Shown in pieces: positions 39,180 to 48,535 of a DNA stretch of 64,000 bases. Each line of letters starts with the position of its first letter. Position 1 is the first letter of the stretch. The stretch covers positions 224,001 through 288,000 of the forward strand of contig CBDFMQ010000002.1 in the NCBI GenBank assembly GCA_965249725.1, in the 5' to 3' direction. The translations under genes and the position numbers were made by a program. This DNA is from Longimicrobiales bacterium (lineage in GTDB: Bacteria; Gemmatimonadota; Gemmatimonadetes; Longimicrobiales; Gaopeijiaceae). Below the pieces are notes generated by a model. It did no database searches, was not told the origin of the DNA, and saw only the letters and a list, made by a program, of their open reading frames with translations.

Positions 39180-40526
39180 TCAACTGATGGGTCTCCGGGC
39201 CCCTTCAGGCCCGTTGTCCCAGTCCTGTACGCTGGAGACGTTGGGCATCCCCCAGTCGTTTCCGTTCCACCCGTCGAAACCGCTCATCTTGAATGCCCAG
39301 AAGCCGCTCTCGCCGCTGGTGACGATCAGTCCGTCGGCGTTGCGCACGTCCACCCCGAAGGTCCCCTTCATGGAGACGCTGCGATCGGACGTGTGCATAT
39401 CGGGCATCTCGTACGTGTCGTAATACGCCACCGTGTAGGGATTCGTCGGGTCCATCATGTTGAAGACCTGAAGGCCGTCCCGATAGCCCGAGACGAACAC
39501 ATAAGGCCAGCGCACCTCGTGGTTGTGCACGAAGTTCTTCCACTTGACGGTCCAGGCACCGATGGCCCGGCGGATCGTGGGCACGTCGCCGTCGAGCCCG
39601 GGCTTGAGGTCGAAGATCAGGAGGGGCGCATGGCTGTACTCCATCTCACCCACCGCATAGCGACCGTCCGGCGTGGGCGTGAACGTGTGGGCGATGTCCA
39701 CTCCCGCGAACCCGGTGACCGAGGTCAGCAGTTCGGGTGAATCCAGATCGGTGACGTCGAAGACGTAGTACCCGTTGAGCCCGGACCCGTAGAACTTGTC
39801 CTGCCCCGTTCCTGGATCGTAGCCCACGTAGTAGTCGTGGTAGCCGGTCCAGCGGTAATCCACGTCCTCGGGGCGGGGGATGTTACCCACGAGCGGCTCT
39901 TCACCGGCGATGAGCTTCCCCATGTCGTAGACGTAGGCCGAAGTGGCCGAGAGCAGTGCCCCGAAGAGGAGCACGCGCCCGTCGGAGTGCTTATACGCGA
40001 AGATATTGTGGAACCCCCCGGGCACGTCGGCGGCGCGGATGCGGCCCACTTCCCGCACGCTGGCCGGATCGGGCAAATCAGTCACGTCGAAGACGATGGC
40101 GCCCAGATCGTAGTTCGGTCCCCCCTGCTGAAACTGGAACGACTGGATGTAGTAGTAGCGACCGTCCAGCTTGAAGTACTTCCCGTCGAGCGCGCTGCCG
40201 CGGTGGAGCTCCTCGTTCTCGATCCGCCAGCTGTAGATCTTCTCGGGGTTCTCCGGATCCTCCACGCTGATGATGTCGAAGCCGGTCGACCGCCACCGGC
40301 TCATGTAGACGTAGGGCCGGTCCAGGTCCTGCTCGAGCTCGATGTCCGCCGCGGCTCCCGGTATGTGCGTCAGGATCTCGACGTTGGAGCTGCCCTGTTC
40401 GCCCGGGGCGGGGTAGCCCTGGGCCTCGGTCGTGGATGGACGCAGGACGAGTAGGGTGGCTCCCACCGCCGTCGTGATCCATGGCCTCGAGAGTAGACGA
40501 TGCCCGCGCGTGTGTCCTGTGCTCAC
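39180..40526 (-). CDS. Secreted LVIVD-repeat-like beta-propeller protein (paralog 3)
   Basis: Tandem duplicate of paralog 2. GTG start at 40526 with GGAGG RBS; the ORF-track 5' extension overlaps the opposite-strand gene. Confidence 0.8.
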   Translation of the reverse strand: MSTGHTRGHRLLSRPWITTAVGATLLVLRPSTTEAQGYPAPGEQGSSNVEILTHIPGAAADIELEQDLDRPYVYMSRWRSTGFDIISVEDPENPEKIYSWRIENEELHRGSALDGKYFKLDGRYYYIQSFQFQQGGPNYDLGAIVFDVTDLPDPASVREVGRIRAADVPGGFHNIFAYKHSDGRVLLFGALLSATSAYVYDMGKLIAGEEPLVGNIPRPEDVDYRWTGYHDYYVGYDPGTGQDKFYGSGLNGYYVFDVTDLDSPELLTSVTGFAGVDIAHTFTPTPDGRYAVGEMEYSHAPLLIFDLKPGLDGDVPTIRRAIGAWTVKWKNFVHNHEVRWPYVFVSGYRDGLQVFNMMDPTNPYTVAYYDTYEMPDMHTSDRSVSMKGTFGVDVRNADGLIVTSGESGFWAFKMSGFDGWNGNDWGMPNVSSVQDWDNGPEGARRPIS

Positions 40527-40769
40527 TGATGCCTCCCGGTTCTCGCCGATCGGGGCCGTTCTGTCCGGGCTTTCGGGGAGGAATCTCCGATGCGGCCCGG
40601 ATGACAGGTCAAGAAAGTAGGGGCTGGTGGCCCCACGGGATAGCGGAGCGGTCTTGGACTGCCGAGGCCGGATGGCGGAACGGTTCTGGACTGCCGACGC
40701 GGGATAGGATATGTGTTCTGCGAGCACGTTTCGTCTCCACCGGACCATCATTTCGGAGTGACCTTCCTG

Positions 40770-41954
40770 ATGCACACGCCTCTTAGGCGGCCGGGGCTGC
40801 AACTCGCCACCGCCCTCATTGCCACGTTCTCCCTGCATGTGGGCGACGTGTACGCCCAGGACGATACCTTCCTCATTCGTGGGGTGACCCTCATCGACGG
40901 TGTTTCGGACCGGCCGATGGAGAACGCGTCGGTTTCGGTCGCAGGCGGGCTGATCGTGGCGGTCGGCAGCGACCAGGACGTCTTCGCTCCAGCCGGTACG
41001 CGTGTGGTGGACGGCACCGGGAAGTTCCTCATTCCCGGCCTGTGGGACACGCATGCGCACCTCTCCTACTGGGGCGCCGACGCTCTGGAGATGTTGGTCA
41101 ACGCCGGGGTCACAAGCATTCGTGAGCTCGGCGGCGATCCCGACGAAATCGAAGGATGGAAGCGCGAAATCGAATCCGGAGCGCGCGTGGGACCCGCGAT
41201 GGTGTGGTGCGGTCCTTTCCTCGAAGGGCCGGAGGCGGAGGACGAGTACCGGCTGAAGGTCGCCACCCAGGCGGAGGGTCGCGCCGCGGTCCACACGCTC
41301 CACGCGCGCGGAGTCGATTTCCTCAAGATTCAGCCGCGCATCGATCGGGACATCGTCGAAGCCGTCATCGACGAGGCGAGGTCCGTGGGGCTCACGGTGG
41401 TCGGCCACCTGCCGCAGGGCGTGAACGCGATCGATGGCTCGAACATGGGGCTTCGGAGCATCGAGCACATGAGCCCCTACATGCGGCTCGACGATGCGGA
41501 GATGGGGCAGGTCATCAAGACCTACCTGGCCAACGGGACCTGGCTGTCACCGGCGCTCTTCAGCATGGTGGCGCCCATCGAGGCTCGGGGTGACGACCCG
41601 GGTCAGGACGAGCGTGTGCAGCGGGCCAACGCCATAGTGCGGCGCGCCCACGAAGCCGGTGTGCCGATCCTGGTCGGGGCGAATTTCGCCTACCGCGACT
41701 GGCCGCAGAAGCCCGGATCAGGCCTGCACGGAGAGATGAGGGCACTGGTCGAAGCAGGCCTGCCGGCAATGGACGTACTCAAGCTCTCCACCGTCAGGGC
41801 TGCAGAGTTCTCGGGGGTGACCGACCGAGGGTCCATACGGGCGGGGCTCGCCGCTGACATGGTACTACTCGAGGCCGACCCCCTCGCCGATATCAGCAAC
41901 ACCGAGCGGATCTCGGCCGTCATTCAGAACGGTCGATTCATCACGGGGCGCTGA
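40770..41954 (+). CDS. Exported metal-dependent amidohydrolase
   Basis: Signal peptide; PGLWDTHAH, FLKI, VGH, IEH and G.I.AG.AADMVLL..DPL. Confidence 0.85.
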   Translation: MHTPLRRPGLQLATALIATFSLHVGDVYAQDDTFLIRGVTLIDGVSDRPMENASVSVAGGLIVAVGSDQDVFAPAGTRVVDGTGKFLIPGLWDTHAHLSYWGADALEMLVNAGVTSIRELGGDPDEIEGWKREIESGARVGPAMVWCGPFLEGPEAEDEYRLKVATQAEGRAAVHTLHARGVDFLKIQPRIDRDIVEAVIDEARSVGLTVVGHLPQGVNAIDGSNMGLRSIEHMSPYMRLDDAEMGQVIKTYLANGTWLSPALFSMVAPIEARGDDPGQDERVQRANAIVRRAHEAGVPILVGANFAYRDWPQKPGSGLHGEMRALVEAGLPAMDVLKLSTVRAAEFSGVTDRGSIRAGLAADMVLLEADPLADISNTERISAVIQNGRFITGR

Positions 41955-43320
41955 TCAGGACCAGATCCTCCTGAGGCTCGCACATGTACTCGCCTCCGTT
42001 TTCCGTCACGAGCCCCATCTCCTCGATCGTGATGGACTTGGTCCCCTCCACCCCGTCGTCTTCCGCCGGCCAGACCGCGTTGCCGTCGTAGCCGAACATC
42101 ATGCCGGGCTCGAGCTCACGCAGCTGGTTGCCCCGGGGCGGGGTGCCCGTGTCGTAACCTCCGATGCTGGGACCGACGTCGTGAGCCCAGTATCCCACGG
42201 GGTGGCCCGTGCTCGCCCAGTGGCGGAGTGAGCCGCGCTCTCTCTGCCAGTCGATCTGGACCTTTTCGACTTCCCAGCCCATTGCGCCGGGGCGCATGGC
42301 TTCCAGCATCTTCCGGCTGCTTAGCTTGGCCGTCTCCCAGGAATGTGTGATCTCCTCGGGCGGCTCGGTCTCGCCGGGGCGCAGGACGTACGCGAACCGT
42401 TGGAGGTCGGTATGCCAGATGTCGAACACGGTGACACCGGCGTCGATGTTGATCAGATCACCCGGCTTGATGAGCCGCGCCAGATCGCTCCCACGGCCCC
42501 GATCCAGGCCGGTCGTGATACCGGGATTGCCCCGCCACGAGTGGCCCAGTCCGAGCCCCTCGATGCGATCGCGAATGGTCTGATGCAGCTCGCCGTTGGT
42601 CGTTTGGCCGGGCACCACGGTCAAGAAGGCCTCGCGTTCGATCAGATCGGTGATTTCGGCTGCGGTTCGCAGGATGGCGATCTCGGCGGGGATCTTCACG
42701 CCCAGCCAACGGATGACGAGCTCCTGGGAGGAGGTCAGTCGACCCGACAGCGTGGACCCGAGTGCGGCTCTGAGCGATGCGTCCTGAGTGGAGGTGAGGC
42801 CGTCTGCTGCGGCGAGGTCGCTCCGGTTGACGGCGATGCCTCGAGAGTCCGCCCGCCGGAGTTCCTCGGCCACCGCGGCGAATACGCTTTGGCCGCCTTG
42901 GCGGGCCTCGACCCTGGAGTTCGGATTGCGCTCACGAATCGTGATGACCTCGTTGGGGGACGCGAGGATGACCCGGTCGACACCCTCGGCGGTGCGAAAG
43001 AAGAGGTAGGCGGCGTCGCTGCCGGCGCCCTCTCCCCCGACGTGGATGGCCAGTGGATCGTTGTTGTTTTCCCGGCAGAACACGACCCATGCGTCGACCC
43101 CGGCGGCGTCCATGGCCCCGGGAAGGAGCGTTCGAATTCGTTCCTCTCGGATTTCCGGCCAGGGGTCACCCTCCCTGAGCTCGGCCGCGAGCTGCTCGAT
43201 ACGTCCTTCTGCAGGCTGGTCGACGGGCTCCGCACACGCGAGGAACACCGCCATGGGGACCAGCATCATCACCAGGCGGGCTGAAGCGCGAAGGGGCTGG
43301 GCCGAGGACAGCGCGTTCAT
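41941..43320 (-). CDS. M24 family metallopeptidase lipoprotein
   Basis: Lipobox FLAC; IDAG, TDLQR, GHPVG..AHD and IEE. ATG 43320 with RBS. Confidence 0.8.
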   Translation of the reverse strand: MNALSSAQPLRASARLVMMLVPMAVFLACAEPVDQPAEGRIEQLAAELREGDPWPEIREERIRTLLPGAMDAAGVDAWVVFCRENNNDPLAIHVGGEGAGSDAAYLFFRTAEGVDRVILASPNEVITIRERNPNSRVEARQGGQSVFAAVAEELRRADSRGIAVNRSDLAAADGLTSTQDASLRAALGSTLSGRLTSSQELVIRWLGVKIPAEIAILRTAAEITDLIEREAFLTVVPGQTTNGELHQTIRDRIEGLGLGHSWRGNPGITTGLDRGRGSDLARLIKPGDLINIDAGVTVFDIWHTDLQRFAYVLRPGETEPPEEITHSWETAKLSSRKMLEAMRPGAMGWEVEKVQIDWQRERGSLRHWASTGHPVGYWAHDVGPSIGGYDTGTPPRGNQLRELEPGMMFGYDGNAVWPAEDDGVEGTKSITIEEMGLVTENGGEYMCEPQEDLVLISAP

Positions 43321-43543
43321 ACCGATCTCCTTCCTGCGAGCGACTGCGGGGGGGAGGCTAGCATGCGCCAGGGAGAGGCCGTGCGCCAGTCGCTCGATGC
43401 GTCGCGGTTGGCTGGGCGAGCACCCGGCTCGGCCGAGTCTGCGGCACGCCGGTGGCCACGCGGCGTGGAGCGCGGTACTTATGGTCGGTAACGGACGCTG
43501 GTCCGCCCGCAATCTCATCACCATCGGCACAGGATTTCGAGCC

Positions 43544-44875
43544 ATGAGAGCAGTCTATACCACTCTCGCGCTTTCCCTGCTTCTCCCCACCCTCGCCGTG
43601 GCGCAGAGTCTCCCGACGCCCGAGCGCACCCAGCCGGAGAACCGGGTGCTCACGCACCGGGAACAGGCGCCCATCGTCCGCGCCCGAATCGTAAAGCGCT
43701 TCGAGACGGTGCTCCCGGAGTTGATGCGTCGGGAAAGGATCGACATGTGGGTCATGGTCACCCGGGAGTACAACAACGACCCGGTGTTCCAGTCCATGGC
43801 ACCCCTCACCACATACTCCTCGCGTCGGCGGACGATTCTCGTGTTCCACGATCGAGGGGAGGGTCTGGGGGTGGAGCGACTATCGATCGGACGTTCGGAC
43901 TACGATGGGCTGTTCGATGTGGTGCGCACACACAACGACGCCCAGTACGAGGGACTCCGCCAGGTTGTCGAGGACCGGAATCCTGAGACGATCGGGATCA
44001 ACGTCTCGCAGTATTGGAATCACGCCGATGGGCTCACGGCCAACGAACGCGACAACGTGATCGAGGCGCTCGGCCCCGAGTTTTCCTCGCGCCTGACGAC
44101 TGCCGAGATGCTGGCCGTCGGATGGCTGGAGGTGAAGCTCCCCGAAGAGACCGATCAGTACCGCTTCGTCATGCGGATCGCGCATCAGGTGATCGCGGAG
44201 GCGTTCTCTAACCGGGTCATCGTTCCCGGCATCACGACCAGCGAGGACGTCCGTTGGTGGATGCGCCAACGTGTGGCTGAGATGGGCTTGGGACAGTGGT
44301 TCCACCCCTCGGTGAACGTACAGCGGCGTGGTGCCGTGGAAGCCGGGCCCAACGGAGTCGTTATCCAGCGCGGTGACATGCTCCACACGGACTTCGGCAT
44401 CATCCACCTCGGTTACTCCACAGACACGCAGCACAACGCCTATGTGCTGCGGTACGGTGAGACCGATGCGCCCGAGGGTCTCAAGGCCGGCCTGGCCGCG
44501 GCCAATCGCCTACAGGATCTCAACATGGAGTACGCGGAGCTCGGCAGGACGGGGAACGAGGCGTTGGCGGGTGCTCTGGCGCAGGCCGAGCGCGAGGGCC
44601 TGAACGCTACGATCTACTCACACCCGATCGGATACCACGGCCATGGCGCCGGGCCCCCGATCGGCATGACCGACTATCAGGATGGTGTTCCGGTGCGCGG
44701 CGATGCCATGCTGCACCCGAACACGTGGCGGTCCATTGAGCTCAACGTCCGGCACGCTGTGCCCGAATGGGACGGTCAGGAAGTGCGCTTCGCACTTGAG
44801 GAAGACGCCGTGCTCACCGAGAACGGGTGGGAGTGGATCGGCGGGCAGCAGAAAGAGTTCTATCTAATCCGGTAG
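43544..44875 (+). CDS. Exported M24 family metallopeptidase
   Basis: Signal peptide; TDFG, TDTQ, SHPIG.HGH, IELN and EED. Confidence 0.82.
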   Translation: MRAVYTTLALSLLLPTLAVAQSLPTPERTQPENRVLTHREQAPIVRARIVKRFETVLPELMRRERIDMWVMVTREYNNDPVFQSMAPLTTYSSRRRTILVFHDRGEGLGVERLSIGRSDYDGLFDVVRTHNDAQYEGLRQVVEDRNPETIGINVSQYWNHADGLTANERDNVIEALGPEFSSRLTTAEMLAVGWLEVKLPEETDQYRFVMRIAHQVIAEAFSNRVIVPGITTSEDVRWWMRQRVAEMGLGQWFHPSVNVQRRGAVEAGPNGVVIQRGDMLHTDFGIIHLGYSTDTQHNAYVLRYGETDAPEGLKAGLAAANRLQDLNMEYAELGRTGNEALAGALAQAEREGLNATIYSHPIGYHGHGAGPPIGMTDYQDGVPVRGDAMLHPNTWRSIELNVRHAVPEWDGQEVRFALEEDAVLTENGWEWIGGQQKEFYLIR

Positions 44876-45004
44876 CCGGTCGCACTGTCGTGTAGTGCCG
44901 GTGGCGCTCCTTCCGTGGAGCAGATCGTCGAGGCGTTGGCGCCCCAGTAAGAGTCCCCGGTGCGGCCGCTGTACCCCCTTAGGACTCCAGACCGAAGAAG
45001 GTCT

Positions 45005-46228
45005 CTACTGGAGGCGCATCCGCGTTCGAGTACGACGATCGGGTCGGGGGCGACCATCCCCCTGCGCCGAGGACCGCATGGCCTCGAAGAGTTCGATGTG
45101 GTCATCCACCACGCGACGTATCGCCTCTTGATTCGGCTCGAGCGACCAGTCGCCGCGCTCGGACGTGCCACCCAGGATGATGCCGTCGCTGCGAGGCTGC
45201 ATGTGGATGCCGAACCCGCCTGGTTCCCGGGCCCTGCCCGGCACGCCCCCGAAGGTGGCGTAGTCGACCGCGGGCTGGGGCACCAACACGGTGAGTTGCC
45301 CCTTCACGGGCGCAAGCTCTTGGTCGTCGAACAGCGCCTTGGCCCCGAGGCCCGTGCAATTCACGACGACCGTTTCGTCCAGCGCCGCCATGTCCCGGGG
45401 CGAATCGAACTTACGAATCACGACCTGACCTCCACGGAGCAGGAAGTCGTCCATGAGAGCGTCGAGGTAGATGGACGGTTCTATCCGCATGGTCGGTCGG
45501 GCGCTGGCATAGCGCGACGGGAACGGATGCTCGCCTCGTTCCAGGATCACCCGTCCGGGCCGATAGGCTGGAGGGAGGAGTCGCCCGGTGCCCTGCGTCT
45601 GTCCCGCTGCGGGCATCTCGTTCATCATCGAATAGCTGGTGATCCACGAGATGCCGTATTTGGGACCGACCAATAGCTGCAGCTGTTGGTAGGCGACGTC
45701 CACCGCGCTCCTGAACTGGGCGTCCCAATCCAGGGTCCGCCCCCCCACGCTCACGAGCCCCGAGGTCGGGGTGAAGCTGGCCAGAGACATGTTGGAGGTC
45801 GTGTTGGGTGGCACCGCCATGGCGTAGATGGTGACGTCGAAGCCCCTCCGCTGGAGCTGCCTTCCGGTCGTCAGACCGGCGACACCGCTCCCGATCACCG
45901 CCGCCCGGCGGGACTCGTGTTCGACCGCCAGTTCGGCGGCCAGATGTCCGGTGCCCCATGAGAGAGACATTCCGGCTCCACCGTGCCCGTAGTTATGGAC
46001 GAGCGTCTTTTCGTCGAGCTTGTCGGCTTTGACTACGAACCCGGAGCGCCGATGAGGGCGGAGGCCCACCGTGGTGCGGATGACCCGCTCCCACGACGCT
46101 TCGACCTGGGCGAGTGACAGTGGGGCCCGCGCCGATGTAGGTGTAGGTCCCGACCCGGTAGCGCACCCGCTGAAACCCAATCCCAAGACTCCCAGTCCAC
46201 CGGTCTTGAGCATCGTCCGCCTATCCAT
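45005..46228 (-). CDS. Tat-exported, circularly permuted D-amino-acid oxidase-like flavoprotein
   Basis: MDRRTMLK twin-Arg signal and FSGC lipobox. GLRP and VHNYGHGGAG.S.SWG precede VIGSGVAG, followed by VVNCTGLGA, PVKGQ and LGGT. Confidence 0.85.
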   Translation of the reverse strand: MDRRTMLKTGGLGVLGLGFSGCATGSGPTPTSARAPLSLAQVEASWERVIRTTVGLRPHRRSGFVVKADKLDEKTLVHNYGHGGAGMSLSWGTGHLAAELAVEHESRRAAVIGSGVAGLTTGRQLQRRGFDVTIYAMAVPPNTTSNMSLASFTPTSGLVSVGGRTLDWDAQFRSAVDVAYQQLQLLVGPKYGISWITSYSMMNEMPAAGQTQGTGRLLPPAYRPGRVILERGEHPFPSRYASARPTMRIEPSIYLDALMDDFLLRGGQVVIRKFDSPRDMAALDETVVVNCTGLGAKALFDDQELAPVKGQLTVLVPQPAVDYATFGGVPGRAREPGGFGIHMQPRSDGIILGGTSERGDWSLEPNQEAIRRVVDDHIELFEAMRSSAQGDGRPRPDRRTRTRMRLQ

Positions 46229-46268
46229 CACTCGCCTCTTTCACTTGAAACCTCACCTCAGCGCATCC

Positions 46269-47513
46269 TTAGTCGTTCAAGCGGTTGTATGTCCTGAGTA
46301 TCTCGCGCAGACGGTCGTGTGGGATCGCGTCCGAGCGATTCCCATCTCGGCCGACCATGGTCTCGGCTGCGATCATCGCGTTGATGATGGCCTCCTCGGT
46401 GGCCTCCACGGTGGCCCCGAACAGGGCGCTGATCTGCGAGTTGCTCAGCAGCGCAATCTCTGCGGTGGGGCGGGCGGAAGCCGCGCCGGCGTTGGCCGTC
46501 GAGAACGCCACGAAGATGTCGCCTGAGCCGTTCCCCGAGATGCCTCCGGTCCGCGCCACTCCAAGGGAAGCCCTGCGGGCGATTCTCTTGAGTTGGTGCG
46601 GAAGCAGGGGCGCGTCTGTGGCCACGACGATGATGATGGAGCCCCGGCCCTCCCGCTCGAGATTGATCTCGAACCCGGCAAGGGCGGTGGTCTCGGCCTC
46701 TGCTGCCGTGTCGATGCCGGCTCCACGCTCCTGCTCGCGCGCGAACTCCATTCCGACCGGGACGCCGGCTATGGTCAGCCCCCGCCCGCCGCCGAAGTTC
46801 GCCTGTACGAGCACTCCTACCGTGTAGTCACCTGCGCCAAGGCCCGCTCGGGACGACGTGCCGATGCCGCACTTGAAGCCGAGGCAACGCATGCCGGTGC
46901 CGCCGCCCACGTTACCCTCTTGCACCGGCCCCGAAGTGGCGTTGTCGATCGCACTCCGCAGGTGCTCGCCCTTCACGTGAAAGCCGTTGATGTCGTTGAG
47001 CGAGCCGTCGTAGGTCTCGGCCACTACCGGCAGCGACCAGGGTTGGAAGGCGGTACCGTTCTCCCTCTGCCAGCCGATGATGGCGTCCCTCACGACTCCC
47101 ACGCTGTGGGTGTTGGTGATGGCGATGGGGCCCTCCAGGAAGCCGGACTCCTCGATCCACGTCGTGCCTGTCATTTCACCGTTCCCGTTCAGGGCGAACC
47201 AGCCGCCGAAGACGGGGTCTGCGGGCGCGTCCGCGCGGGGCAGGATGGCAGTGACCCCGGTACGGACCGGCCCCTCACCCACACGCAGCTCCCCATCACC
47301 GCTGATGAGCGTGGTGTGACCCACGTGGATGCCCGCCACATCGGTGATCGCATTGTTCGGACCCGGCGTGCCGGGGAAGGGCACACCGAGGTCGCGGGCG
47401 CGCGGCTTAGCCTGAGCCGAGCCGGCAGCAACCAGGGCGGTGGATCCCAAGACGAACCAAGCCAAGAACGCAGGGCCTAAACGGCCGCACGACAGGGACA
47501 CTTTATGCGTCAT
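46269..47513 (-). CDS. DmpA-like (peptidase S58/P1) aminopeptidase, exported
   Basis: RARDLG, NAITDV.G..VGH, NGNGEMTG, GGGTGM, G|SIIIVVATDAP autoprocessing site and SGD. ATG 47513. Confidence 0.92.
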   Translation of the reverse strand: MTHKVSLSCGRLGPAFLAWFVLGSTALVAAGSAQAKPRARDLGVPFPGTPGPNNAITDVAGIHVGHTTLISGDGELRVGEGPVRTGVTAILPRADAPADPVFGGWFALNGNGEMTGTTWIEESGFLEGPIAITNTHSVGVVRDAIIGWQRENGTAFQPWSLPVVAETYDGSLNDINGFHVKGEHLRSAIDNATSGPVQEGNVGGGTGMRCLGFKCGIGTSSRAGLGAGDYTVGVLVQANFGGGRGLTIAGVPVGMEFAREQERGAGIDTAAEAETTALAGFEINLEREGRGSIIIVVATDAPLLPHQLKRIARRASLGVARTGGISGNGSGDIFVAFSTANAGAASARPTAEIALLSNSQISALFGATVEATEEAIINAMIAAETMVGRDGNRSDAIPHDRLREILRTYNRLND

Positions 47514-47539
47514 GACGCCCTCCAAACGGAGTAAGTAGG

Positions 47540-48370
47540 TCAAGAAGAACTCGGCAGCACGGCGAAGATCCTCACCTGGCCCCCCGAACCGCCTTCGATC
47601 TTGATCGGGGCTACGATGAGATAGGCGCCCACGGCGGGGACCTGTCCGAGGTTGGCCACGTTTTCGAGATGGAACTTGCCCGATCCGTTCACGATGCCGT
47701 GAACCGGGAAGCCGGGGCCGACACCCGGGTCGATGGAGAGGTTGTCGATGCCGATCCCTTTGATGTCCCGTTCGTTCACCAGGAGCTCCCCGACCTCTGG
47801 GGAGAACCCCGGGAAATGAAGCGTTCCCTCCGAGTCCAGGTTCGGGTACGCCGCGGGGTCCGTGTACTTCTCGGCCCAACCGGTATACAGGAGCACGATG
47901 GCGCCGGGCGGGATGCGACCATGCTCCACTTCCCAGGCCTCCACGTCCGCCACGGTAACGCTGTAGTCGGGATCGGCTGCGGATTGGGTGGCAATGTCGA
48001 TGACCGCCGCCGGCCCGAAGAGATCGTCGGGTGTGAGCTGGTCGACCGACGGCTGCCCTTCCGCCGAATGAACCGGAGCGTCGATATGCGTACCGTGATG
48101 TTCGGGGGTCGAGTACGCCGCCATGGACGGCGATCCGTCCGCGTGGGCTCGAATCGTGTCGTGGGTGAAGGGGTTGCCCGCAGCGCTGGGCCAATACGGG
48201 GTCGTGCTGCTGAGGGCATGGGTGAGGTCGACCACCTGCAGCTCACCGGAGAAGAGCTGTGCGAGCGTATCCGCGGGTGCATCCGCAGAACGGTCACATC
48301 CCGTCAGCGACAACAAGAGCAGTGTCGCGGAGAGCGCTCTGCGCTCGCGCCGAGTCGGCGTATCTGACAT
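47540..48370 (-). CDS. Cyclase/kynurenine-formamidase (KynB-like) family lipoprotein
   Basis: Lipobox LTGC; EHHGTHIDAP, FPG, GID, HLEN and GGSGG..R. Confidence 0.88.
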   Translation of the reverse strand: MSDTPTRRERRALSATLLLLSLTGCDRSADAPADTLAQLFSGELQVVDLTHALSSTTPYWPSAAGNPFTHDTIRAHADGSPSMAAYSTPEHHGTHIDAPVHSAEGQPSVDQLTPDDLFGPAAVIDIATQSAADPDYSVTVADVEAWEVEHGRIPPGAIVLLYTGWAEKYTDPAAYPNLDSEGTLHFPGFSPEVGELLVNERDIKGIGIDNLSIDPGVGPGFPVHGIVNGSGKFHLENVANLGQVPAVGAYLIVAPIKIEGGSGGQVRIFAVLPSSS

Positions 48371-48535
48371 GTCGGCCTCGAGAAGAGGGATGGCTCACCG
48401 AATTCCCGTGAACGTGCCGGGCCTCTGGGAGGGCCGCAAGCGGCCGGGCGATGGCCCGTTCGCCCGGAGCCAGTGTCCCGTCTAGATTGTGGAGGACTCC
48501 ACCTCAGGTCCCATGACCCAACGGAGCGGGTACAC

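Noticed and set aside
40527..41468. 762-aa version of the LVIVD protein in the ORF track
   Set aside because: The extension is antisense to the amidohydrolase; the paralogs, RBS and signal peptide place the start at 40526.
44873..44950. TAG read-through (pyrrolysine or suppression) adding PVALSCSAGGAPSVEQIVEALAPQ to the M24 peptidase
   Set aside because: The paralogs end at about the same position (LLIVR, LVLIS versus FYLIR); no pyl genes are seen; a 24-codon open stretch is expected by chance at this GC content.
47514..48194. 641-aa DmpA fusion
   Set aside because: The extension overlaps the cyclase gene in another frame; DmpA has its own signal peptide starting at 47513.
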